DNA of 45,704 nt from NCBI RefSeq assembly GCF_001194135.2, contig NC_068991.1, positions 23,127,740-23,173,443 on the forward strand, given 5' to 3'. Below are positions 11,801 through 22,600 of the stretch, piece after piece (within the stretch, counting starts at the first letter, position 1; the number at the start of each line of letters is the position of its first letter). The notes under the pieces are model-generated. The model worked only from the letters and a program-made list of their open reading frames with translations. It did no database searches and was not told the DNA's origin. This DNA is from Octopus bimaculoides (lineage: Eukaryota). The translations under genes were made by a program, and so were the position numbers.

Positions 11801-12512
11801 GTGATAAGTATTTTCAGATCTGATTTCTTATTTTTGAACACTTAAGTAAAGTTTTTTTTGTCCAGAAATTCAGAGAAGCTAATATAGGGTATTTGAACTA
11901 CTAGTCAAAGTAAACTTTGAGCTTCTCTAATATCACTTAATGCCCATCTTCCATACTGACACAGGTTGTATGATTTGACAGGATCCAACAGATCAGAGCG
12001 TAACATCTTGCTTCAATATCTGTTTTGGCATGGTTTCTATGGCTGGATGCACATCCCCTGACACCACTCAACCAGGATGTTTTTTTTTCTTTAGCACCAG
12101 CACTAATAATGTTGCTTTCCAACTTGCAAAGCTAAGGCCATTAAGTGGCTCCTATCACTGCAGAATAGAAAAGAGGGTGAAGTAAAATTAGAGGAACAGG
12201 TTTCTTGTAAGAGGGTGGTAGTGGGGAGGCTCATAATAGAGGAGATACTATTGAGTTGATGGGGGGGGGGTATAGCAGGGAAAAGGAATAGGATTGATGT
12301 TAGGTATGTGATAAAGGAAGGAGTGGGGTAGAACGGTGTAAGGTGGGTTGTATGAGGCTATCCTAAGGGCAAGTGTAGATGGAAGGTGTGAGGAGAAATG
12401 GGGATATAGAAGGTGGGAATAGATGAGGGTGGAATGGGTCATTGAAGAAAAAATTTTGTGTATCATATGACTAATAATCTATTTTCTTTTTTTTTTCAGT
12501 TCATCAAATTAA
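3809..12512 (+). CDS. PCLAF: PCNA-clamp associated factor (PAF15/KIAA0101), complete 4-exon CDS, 95 aa: join(3809..3851,9747..9821,11089..11245,12500..12512)
   Basis: Spliced translation MVRTRADGCASVRKAVAARAPRKSLGPCTSSEPSSPSTSNKYSGGNPVCSRPTPEWQKNITNFFKSNGSNNNKSSENSTIQKIGDQTTSEESSSN*. It matches the PAF15 hallmarks MVRTKAD, RKxVAARAPRK, NKYxGGNPVCxRPTPxWQK and the PIP box. All three introns are GT-AG with consistent phases (1,1,2); total 288 nt. Confidence 0.95.
4329..4426. repeat. About 100-bp imperfect palindrome containing telomere-like CCCTAA repeats (MITE-like)
   Basis: Arms 4329-4356 and 4398-4426 are complementary; inner stem GGTTTTTG/CAAAAACC; CCCTAACCCTAACC at about 4380-4393. Confidence 0.6.
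6360..6550 (-). mobile_element. tRNA-derived SINE, 3' half (split by the PLE insertion)
   Basis: GACTGCGGCxATGCTGxAGCACCGCC...GCCGAACCGxTAAGTTACGGGGA body; the element resumes at about 8870. Confidence 0.7.
6551..8840 (+). mobile_element. Penelope-like retroelement (RT plus GIY-YIG endonuclease), degraded, containing an assembly gap
   Basis: Frame-shifted pieces DIIIKPADNSGAVVV, DIKSLYTVIPHNEGLLAL, QHVSGVAIRTRMGSNYVNLF, YIDDFIG, CSHPCCRTCPY and NIIYCITCSFCPSLYIRQT. Multiple stops; ends at (TA)n. Confidence 0.9.
6922..7190. other. Assembly gap (N run)
   Basis: 269 N. Confidence 1.
8870..9046 (-). mobile_element. tRNA-derived SINE, 5' half with Pol III head
   Basis: The minus strand begins GGCATGGCTGCATGGTAAG (A-box-like) and has a decayed B-box region; this is the continuation of the 6360-6550 piece. 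Confidence 0.7.
9747..9821 (+). CDS. PCLAF: PCLAF coding exon 2 (AVAARAPRKSLG...STS)
   Basis: Acceptor TTTTCATTTATTCAG|, donor |GTAAGT; AARAPRK motif. Confidence 0.95.
9924..10810 (+). mobile_element. Cluster of tRNA-derived SINE copies (GGTCGACTTTGCCTTTCATCC core family)
   Basis: Heads TGGCAGGATCGTTAGC...GAGTTTAAATT and the shared core, two to three copies with (ATT)n tails; contains a templated insertion. Confidence 0.75.
10062..10287 (+). repeat. About 226-bp local duplication of 11761-11987
   Basis: Near-identical by eye, with only a few substitutions and small indels. Confidence 0.9.
11089..11245 (+). CDS. PCLAF: PCLAF coding exon 3 (NKYSGGNPVC...PIP box)
   Basis: Acceptor TTTCTTTCATACAG|, donor |GTGAGT; PIP box QKNITNFF at 11139-11162. 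Confidence 0.95.
12500..12512 (+). CDS. PCLAF: PCLAF terminal coding exon (SSSN*)
   Basis: Strong polypyrimidine tract plus CAG acceptor at 12499; TAA at 12510-12512; AATAAA about 100 nt downstream. Only four codons, so there is no homology support. Confidence 0.75.
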
Positions 12513-12613
12513 CCAGCTGTAGCAGGAGGAAGCATGTTGCCATTATCATTGCACTGTTTTAATGGAATCCTTTGTGATAGCTAGTACAGCACAACTTACT
12601 GCAGTTTTGATTT

Positions 12614-12703
12614 AATAAAACTCAGTAAGATCCTTCACATTTTTAAAAATCATCTTTCATTGTATATTTGCTCATCCTTCTCACATAACAATTTGATAAT
12701 AAA
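12614..12703 (+). terminator. Candidate PCLAF polyadenylation signals
   Basis: AATAAA at 12614-12619 and 12698-12703, followed by U-rich sequence. Confidence 0.5.
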
Positions 12704-13165
12704 AAAAAAAATGTTTTCTTCTATGATTTTTATTTGTCTTTATTTTACATTTTTTGCAGCCACCTGTTTCCATTGGTGGTGTTTTTTGTAGGTTTAGATG
12801 TGTATATATACTGCATTACCTTAAGTTACTTTATACTTGATCATATATACCACAAAAGTTAAGTTACTTGTTATTAACATATGTTACTCGTTGACTTATA
12901 TTGTCTTTTGTTCATAAAAGCATTTTAACTCTAAATGGTTTTTCATACATGTGGCATCTCAGTAATTTATTCTTAAAAATGCATTGCTTTTCACATATTA
13001 TATTGCATATCTCCATTGTGATTTTTCATTACTACATCTGCAAGTACAGTGAAGTCTATGCTTAGTTGAAGAGGTCTAGTAAAACCAAATCATGTCCAGA
13101 ATTATGTTCATCCTTACTAGAATGTTTGAAATATTAGCCATTGATTAATAAGGCTTGGGAGCATA

Positions 13166-13952
13166 TACGAGGTGATATTGTAAGGTTCCTTGACTAGTTA
13201 TATTTAATAACTTATTTACCTAAGTTTTAACATCATCTTGAAATAGTCACCTTGCTCTGCAATACAGCATTCCTGCCACTTTTAGAATCTGGCCTGGAAG
13301 TCGTTTTCTGTGAGTTGGAGACCTTCTGCAATTTGCTCTTGATCTCGACAAGTGTTAAAACAGTGACCTTTGAGCTGCATTTTCATCTTGAGGAACAGAT
13401 GGAAGTCTGCAGGTGCTAAATCTGGCAAATAGGCCAGGTTTGGGAGCAATACCATGTTGTTTTCAGTGAGGAGAGCTTGGTGATGGTGCATTGTCACTGT
13501 GAAGAATCCAGTTCTTCATGCTCCATAGATCTCGTTGCTTTTGCCAAATGTCCTTCAAACGCTTCAAAATGTAGAACTCTTGATGGTCTGGCCCTGGATG
13601 ACAAATTCTTGATGCACAATACCATATTTCTGGAGTGCCGCTCATGGCAGGTCTTCCTAATTGCTCATCATTTTCCAGGGACATTTTTCTGCTTTTGGAG
13701 CGCCCGTGCCACTTGAAACATTGCGTATGACCCATTGCCTTGTCACCATAAGCTTGCTGAAGCATGCTCCATGACAAAATTGCAGACTAGGCTGCAATTT
13801 TGTGATCACATATCTGCATATGTGATCACAAATTTCACAACTTGCAAAGTAAATACAGCAATATCACTTGGCACACTGCCTCATGAAGGTCACTGCTAAC
13901 TCTGTTGGTGTGCTACAGAATTAGCCTGAGAACTTTTTGATACCATCTTGTA
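13166..13952 (-). mobile_element. Mariner (Tc1/mariner) transposon, internally deleted
   Basis: TA-flanked TIRs (TACGAGGTGATATTG... / ...TTTTGATACCATCTTGTA); minus-strand remnants AYGDKAMG..QCFKWH..., WILHSDNAPS and YLPDLAPADFHLF. Confidence 0.9.
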
Positions 13953-15417
13953 ATAATCAACTCTGTACTTAATGCATTAAGTATATTAATATTAACTTCA
14001 CTTTTTGTTTTACATGTAGATGTCTGTGTGTAATTTAAGTCACAAGGCTTTTCTATTTATCTGCTGTCTAGTAAACTATTTCTTATTATATCTGGTCTAG
14101 CATTATGCCTAGCCTGAATAGGTTTGTAATTGTCAGGTGACTTACTTTTTTGTAAGCTTTTAAGATTCTATACAGCCATCTTAAGTTGTCCAATGTCAAC
14201 ATCTGTTATGGAAAAATAGATTGATTTATGGAGTACAACACCTGTGATGTTAAGTGATAAAATTGATCCTAACACAAAATTTAAACTAAAACTTGGGGGG
14301 GGGGGGCAATGAAAAAGCCTGTGTTTGCTCAACTTGTTAAAGAGAGCAGTTAAGTCACCTTTAACAAACCATAGCGTCTTACAAAAGTAAACAGACACTT
14401 AGGATAATGTCATCTCAGTTAAACTTGGCCAATGGTTCTGAAACGAGATCCCAGCATCTCCCATCAAATATTAGTGAAATTTTTAGCATCCCTTTGTCAT
14501 TATTATTGAGAAGACAAAATCAAAGTTTGCATCCATGTAATTTTTCTTTGTGATGCTGGGTAATTTTAACCCCTCTGTTAATATATTTCTGTTGAAATAC
14601 ACTGCCTTACTTTTGAAAATAATGAATTCTTTACAATTATGTTTAGGATTTAAACCTTCTTAAGCTTGTCTCTTTTTCAGTCTATATGCCCACTCCCAAG
14701 AGAAACATTGCACTAAATTCTACCATGAAGGACACATTGAATAATGTAGTCCCAAATATGTATGTGGTAATGGGGGGGGGGGACAAGATGGTGATGACTG
14801 CAATGTTTTTGTTTGTTTTTTTTTTGATAGAATAAGTCTGGTGGTCTGCAGTTGATCTGAGGGCTAAATAACAATTGTATTTGTGTCATTAACCCTTTTC
14901 CAAACCATCCAATATTGCCTCTGCTTCTTGATACAAACTTTGTTTTAAAGTTATCTTAATTAAAACTTACCATTGAGATTTCATGTTGATTTGCTTTGAA
15001 CACCAACTTCATAATGATGAAATTACTAAATTCTTCATTTAAAAAGAATCTACTGAGACAATGGCAGTGTTTTTCAATTAAAGTTCTTTTAATATATGGT
15101 TGGTGCTCCATTGTCTTATTTTCACCTATCTTTAGTTACGCTACCCTGCAGTTAACTGTTCATGTTGAAAGCATTACTGCGAAACTTTCCCCTTGTCAAT
15201 ATTTTCCACTCAATCTTTCAGCTGTCTTGAAATCTGATAAATACTGGTTAAATTATTCATCATTGATGTCTTATAAAATGGAAAATGCTGGGAGTTTGTC
15301 AAAAATCATTCACTTGACTCAACATGCACCAATTCCTGGATGTATTCTGCCTAGGAAGTCATGGCGGTTATAGTTGAAATGCTTTTGACCATAGTTCTTA
15401 GACATAGCCTTGAGGGT

Positions 15418-15648
15418 TTAACCCTTTCGATACCAACCCAGCTGAAACTGCCTCCTGCTCTAGTACAAATGTTTTATTTTCATAAGTTTTGAATTAATAT
15501 CTTCCACCAAATTTTAGTCACAATTTATGTTCCTAACACTACCTTAATGATGACTTAGTTATTTTACTAAATTCTTTGTTATATTTAAAATTAATTGAAA
15601 GAAACAGAGCATCTCAAAAAATAAAAAATATGGTACCAAAAGTATTAA
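15418..15648. mobile_element. piggyBac-like MITE (TTAA ends)
   Basis: TTAA-CCCTTTCGATACC ... GGTACCAAAAGTA-TTAA; same family as 29088-29294. Confidence 0.7.
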
Positions 15649-17559
15649 ACCATGTACTTTTTAATTTAAACACAGAATCAGTTTGTGAAAAGAACAAATC
15701 TAGTTGTTCTGACACTGCATATACATAGTGTATTTCTGATGCGATATTGACTTCCAGAAGGTTGGGTTGTGCAGTCTTTGAGAACAGTGGGACAAAACTA
15801 AATATTTAGTTGTTTATTCCCAGGCCAACCTTGACCAAAGGCTTCCATCTGTAGTATTCTCATCTTTTAGTCAGACATAATGTATCTAAAGCTTACATCA
15901 TTCAATGTGCCATGCAATTTTTGAGAAAGAATTCAACTGCTATTTTTAGCTAGATGGCTAACCACTCTGAGACTCCATTGACTAATTGGTATTAACTGGG
16001 TGCTCTGGTGTGGCAATAACATAGTCAACATTTTATTGTCCTCTTTTCCAAGTTTACATGGGACAAATGGAATTCTTTGAGGCAGATGCTCTTCCTGTTG
16101 CCAATTACTGTTTCCAAGTAAGATAATATTTCATCATAACTGAACATATTTTTGACACTCGTTCACAGCTATCACCCACTCCCGGGATGAAGGGATGTGC
16201 ACACACACACACACACACACACAATTGGCTCCTTTAAGTTTCCATCAACCAAATCCACTCACTAGACTGGTTGGCTGGTGCTATGCAGTGAGACAACCCA
16301 AAAATTACATGGTTGGGAATCAAATTTCTTAAGCACACAACCATGCCTCTGCCTAAAAAAAAAAAAGGAAGAAAAAAAATTCTGTCTGGAATAAATAACA
16401 AAAGTAGAAAAATCACAATTGCGCAATACAGCTTTATTGCAACAAATATGTATGGTTTCCCTTTTAATAACCCTAATGTATTTCATTTAAACACTTCAAG
16501 ATATTAAATATAATAAAATCAAATTTTAAAAAAAGTAATCATTCAAACTGTATGATGATATATTGTTTTTTTTTTAATTCAATTATATTTAATTTTTTTA
16601 TTTTGTTTAATGTCTCAATCTTCATTCAAACTTATCAATGCAATATTATAATAACAACAATAATAATGCAAACAGGAATAAATTTGAAGAGACTGGGTCA
16701 CCACCATTCATTCAGCCTCAAGCCACATAATCCTGGCACGTCCAACATGAAAGCAAAATCTTTCTTTACAGTGGGTTTTTTTTTTCTTTTTCTTTTTGTG
16801 TGCATCAAAGATAATTAACCATCTCTAGTTAAATTGCAATCCAGCTGAAAATATGTACACATAACAAAAGGTTAGCAGCTGCAACCATTGCATGCTGTGA
16901 TTGACAACATATATTTATATATCTTGTTGGCTGTGGTGGATTGTAGAGGTGATCACATAATTCTTTATAACAACCTACAACTTTTTTTTTTTTTTAATTT
17001 CTTTTCCCCACTTCATAACAAATATAAATTACTAGTCTTAATTACTTACGTAAATTTATGTTTCTTACCTTGAAAAACTTTTAGTTACTCCAAATGTTTC
17101 AAATTTTGAAAGACAGTTGTAGGATGACAAATACGTACAATGTATGTGCGTGTGTGTGTGTGTATAACCATTCCACTTTTGGATTGTTTATAGAGGTGCT
17201 ACCTTAGATCTTTTCCTCAAGCAAAAACAAACTAGCTATCATCAATCTAAACCAGCTAAGATTATCTCTGCACATTGGTGTGCAGCTGCATAGGTCAATA
17301 GTGCAGGAAAAAATAACAAATAAATAAACCAAAATAAAAACAAAAGGAACAGTCTGTTTCGGTCTTTGAAACTAGAAAGATGAAGCAAAATGAAACTCAG
17401 CACAGCAGTTATATTTAAGATAACAGCCAAATAATAGACACATGAGTGTGTGGCAGGATGTACATAGTGCACTCATACTTGTGTATTCCTATATCGTACT
17501 CTTACATACTACAGTGTTTAATACTATCAGAATTAGCCTCATACACTCTGAGCCATATT

Positions 17560-17773
17560 ATATGATTATGCATTTATATGTGCGCATTTATGGAGCAATG
17601 TGTTTATTCACACACACACATACATATATACACACACACACACAACACGTATATGCATAGATATATGTGTGTGTGTATTTATCTACATTTAAGTATATGT
17701 ACACACAGACACATACAATGCAAATGCTGGAAGTGGACAGATGTTCATATGATCATAATTCTATGAAATATAA

Positions 17774-17805
<32 letters not shown>

Positions 17806-17815
17806 NNNNNNNNNN

Positions 17816-17854
<39 letters not shown>

Positions 17855-18310
17855 CAATGCTTATTCAATAACATCTTTGTATTGTATTGATAGATATATG
17901 TGCTGAGACTGCAGATGTTTAACATAATTATATATATTTGCATGTATATATATACATCAGTGTATGTATATGTAAATATATATATGCATACATAAATATA
18001 TAGATCTTTTTCCAGGTACATACAGTGAAATACCATAGAGCATTAGGTCATTAACATTATTTTAACAAATATTTGTGGATGCTGCATAGAGACAAAATTC
18101 GATATGGATTTATATATACTAGGTTCTTTTTGCAAGAGTGTGTGTGTGTGTAGAATGCACATAGTTTGATATGAAAAACAATGAGCCTCATTACAGTGGA
18201 AGATAAATATGTATGAGAATTTAGGATTACCTTTTTTATTCATTAAGTACAAAAACAAGAAATGAACTTTTGCATCAAAGGGCTCATGGAAATGTACTCC
18301 CTATATAGAC

Positions 18311-18341
<31 letters not shown>

Positions 18342-18554
18342 CACATAATATATATGTGTGTGTGAGACCCTATTTGTAAAGAAAGAAAAAAACGAAAAAA
18401 TTTCTTGTACAAATATTTCCCTCTATATATTTATTCATCAGTTTATGTGATTTATTTTTGCATATTTTTGTTAATTTTATGACCCTTTAATCCATTAGAA
18501 TTTCAATTAATGCTTCAGTGTGTAGCATGTGTGTGTGTGTGCATGCGTGTGTGA

Positions 18555-18631
<77 letters not shown>

Positions 18632-18949
18632 CACACACACACACACATGCATATATAATCACTATTTGTGTTTGTGTGTCTATGAGCATATGTGCACATA
18701 GATGTAGTTAGATCCTTATCTGGATAAGTTTAGGCAGCTGGAAATGTTATATGGTCCCCAGGGGGTGAGATGCAATGGAAATAAATGTTTTACATCAATG
18801 AAGAAAATCCACGTGTGTGTATATATATAGATGCACACACAAACATATATATGTGTGTGTGTTTGTATATATACATATATAATGTAGCTATATATGGTTA
18901 GTACAAAGAGATTACTCAATACTAAGTTGAGAGAGAGTGTGTGTGTATG

Positions 18950-19010
<61 letters not shown>

Positions 19011-19170
19011 TTAAAAACTTCAATTATTTACTACTTTGAGAACCTTGTAGTAGTAAGCCGCATTGAATTTATTAAACCAGCAATATATTAGGTCATTAAG
19101 AATGAAATGTCCAAAAATAAACTTTCAATTCGAAATTGAACATTTCATTCTTGACAACCTTATATATGTG
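17560..19170. repeat. Dense (TA)n/(CA)n/(TG)n microsatellite field, including a 10-N gap at 17806-17815
   Basis: Directly visible; source of many spurious YIYI/THTH ORFs. Confidence 0.95.
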
Positions 19171-19539
19171 TGTGTGTGTTAAATACTAGGAAATAAACAG
19201 ATTGTATACTCCCAAGCTGCAAAAGACTGTTCAGTCAGCAATGGTACAACTGATCTATCAAGTGAATTTGCAGTTAAGGAGTGTTTAATTCTCATTAATT
19301 TCACAAAAATTAACATATATAAAACTCCGTTCATTTCCAACAAAATTGTATTGAGTACTTATATGGTTTTGTACCACAACATAAACAAAAACTACATACA
19401 TATAGATATGTAAACACACACACACGTATATATCTTTATACACACACAACTTGGTGAAGATGTAGCTTTGATATAAATAACGGTTCTGTAGCAATACAAC
19501 CAAGTCCAAGATTGTCTTCCTGTGGTGTATCTGTCATTT

Positions 19540-19612
19540 TTACTCCATTTTGGATATTTCAAACTTTGTTGTCATGATTTCTTCATCAGAATCAATTAGG
19601 CTAGGCAGCGCT
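19540..19612 (-). CDS. TMEM87A: TMEM87 terminal coding exon ([24 protein letters not shown])
   Basis: CACTAAC branch point, polypyrimidine tract and CAG acceptor; conserved C-terminus; TAA at 19542-19540. Confidence 0.95.
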
Positions 19613-22600
19613 CTGAAAGAAGAACATAAGACATGTTAGTGCAAATACTCACTAGTAGTAGTAGTAGTAGTCCTTTCTACTAATGGCACATCATTTAGTG
19701 TCTGCTTTCTATGCTGGCATGAGTTAGACAATTTGACTGGAACTGGTAAGCCAGAGAGCTGCACCAAGCTCCAGTCTGATTTAGTATAGCTTCTATAGCT
19801 GATGCTCTTCCTAACACCAACCACTAGTCTTAATTACTTGTGTAAATTTATTACACTCCAAGAGTGTAATGGGTGCTTTTCATATGCCACTGGTACAGGT
19901 GCTTTTATGTGCCATCAGCACGGATACCAGTTACATGACACTGACATCAGCCATGACTACAATTTCACTTGGCTTCATGAGTCATCTCAAGCATGGTATA
20001 TTACCAAAGGTCTCAGTCACTTGTCATCGCCTCTATGAGGCCCAACATTCAAAGATCATACTTCACCACCTCGTCCCATGTCTTCCTGGGTCTACCTCTT
20101 CCTCTGGTTCCCTCCACAGTTAGAGATCAGCACTTCTTTGCTCAGTTGTCCTCACCCATATGCATCACCAGTGCAGTTGTCTCTCTTGCACACCACACCT
20201 GATGCCTCTTATGCCCAACTTTTCTCTCAAGACACTCACACTCTGTTGTACATGCACACTGACATTGCACGTCCAGCGAAGCATACTAGCTTCGTTTCTT
20301 TCAAGCCTACACATGTCCTCAGCAGTCACAGCCCGTGTTTCACTGCTGAGTAACATAGCTATTTGTACACAGGCATCATACAATCTGCCTTTCACTCTGA
20401 AGAAGAAGCCTTAAGTTACCAACATAGGTAGGAGCTCTCTGATCTTTGCCCAACCTATTCTTATTCTAGCAGCTATGCTCTTGGAGCATCCACCTCTGCT
20501 CTGAGAGCATAGCTGCCAGAATAAGAATATCTTGAAATTTGGGTGTGAAGGGGACCAGTCACTTACATCAATCCCAGTGCTCAACTGGTATTTATTGACC
20601 CCAAAAGGATGAAAAGGTAAGTTGACCTCAACAAAATTTGAACTCAGAATGTAAAGACGGATGACATGATGCCAAGTATTTTTGTCCAGCATGCTAACAA
20701 TTCTGCTAAGTTGCTGCCTTAATAATCCTTTCTACTATAGTCACAAGGTTTGAAATTTTGGGGGATGGGGTAAGTCAGTCACATCGACCCCAGTACTTGA
20801 CTGGTATTTAATTTATTGATCCCTGAGAGGATGAAAGGCAAAGTCAATCTCGATGGCATTTGAACTCAGAACATAAAGAATGACAAAATGCTGCTAAGCA
20901 TTTTGCCCAGTGTGCTAGCGATTCTGCCAGATTCTGCCACCTTTACTGTCTTAATAATGATAACAAACAATCCTTTCTCCTGAAGGCACAAGGCCTGAAA
21001 TTTTGGGGGAGGAGAGTAGTCAATTACATCGACCCCAGTGTTTCACTGGTACTTATTTTATCCACCCTGAAAGGATGAAAGGCAAAGTTGACCTCAGTTT
21101 AATTTGAACTCCGAACATAAAGACAGATGAAATGCTGGTAATCATTTTGCCTGGCGTGCTAATGATTCTGCCAGATAACTGCCTAAATAATGATAACAAT
21201 AATAATACAAGCGGTCGAAAATTTTGGCACAGAGCCAGTAGTTTTTTGGGGGAGGGGCAGGCAGGTCAATAACATTGATCCCAGTGCTCAACTGGTACTT
21301 ATTTTATTAGTCCTGAAAGGATGAAAAGTAAAGTCAAACCCAGTGAAATTTGAACTCAGAACATAAAGACAGACAAAATGCCGCTAAGCATTTTGCCTGG
21401 CATTCTAACAATTCTGCAAGCTTGCCACTTAAATAATAATGATGATGATGATTTCTATAATAGGCACAATACCATGAATTTGCTATCGTACTTTAACTTC
21501 TCAACACCTGGTATAAAGCTATCTTGCTCTCTACTACAACTTCACTCAGTTGAGGGAGGGAGAGATCCTTTTTTGTCTTGTGAGTTGCTTGGCAACCTCA
21601 CCAGAGCCAGTATTACAAAAAAAAGCACCCAGTAAAGTGTTTGGCATTAGAAAGGGCATCCAGCCATAGAAACCATGCCAAAACAGACACTGGAGCTTGA
21701 TGCAGCCCTTCAGCTTGCTGGATTCTGCCAAACTACCCAGCCTGTGCCAGCATGGAAGACAAATGTTAAATGATAATGGCGAGGGAGAGGAGATGGCGGC
21801 TAATTCCATGCAAAATATGTAGCATGGTAAAATAACAATTAATGTGTGCTTCATTAGTTTCCAGTACTGAGTTCGAATATCATAAGTTATGGGCACAAAG
21901 CAGGCAACAGAGAAGTCCCTCCAATATATCCTTCCATACCTTTGCCATGAAGATTTAATGGATTCTTAGTATAAACAGTGTGTGTGTTTGTATGTGTATA
22001 TACATCCATTTCTATAAAGGGACATAGATAACGGTTTTGTTTGAGACATAAATGAGAGTCAAGTCAAGAAGTATTTCCTTTTTGATGTGTGAAACTTCAA
22101 ACTCTGTAGTGTGCAACATCTGTGCAGACATGGCTATGTGTTTAAAAAGTTCCCTTTACAATAAATGGTTCTTGATCAATCCCACTGGGTAGAACCTTGG
22201 GTAAGTGTTTTGTCATAACTGCTTCAATCCGAAACTTGCTGACGAAATTGGTCGGTAGACTTAAACTGTTATCTGGTTTGAACACCACCACATGACTGCT
22301 GGACGATTTTAGCAGAGTCCACTCTGTTAAATATCCAAAGCATGAAGAGCATTCTACAATCTAACAAAACTATGGAGAAGCAAAGGTATAAGCCGCAAAA
22401 TGAAACTGAAGCTGTTCAAGACATTGGTCCAATCAGTATTACACTATGGATGTGAAACTGGAAAGTGACAAAAATGGAAGGAAAAACAATGGACAGCTTC
22501 CAAGTCGTATGCTTAAGGAAAATACTTGACATCAGCAAGATCAGTGATGAAATCAGATGCAGAGGCTGGAACTGGATCGGACACGTCCTCAGACAAGATT

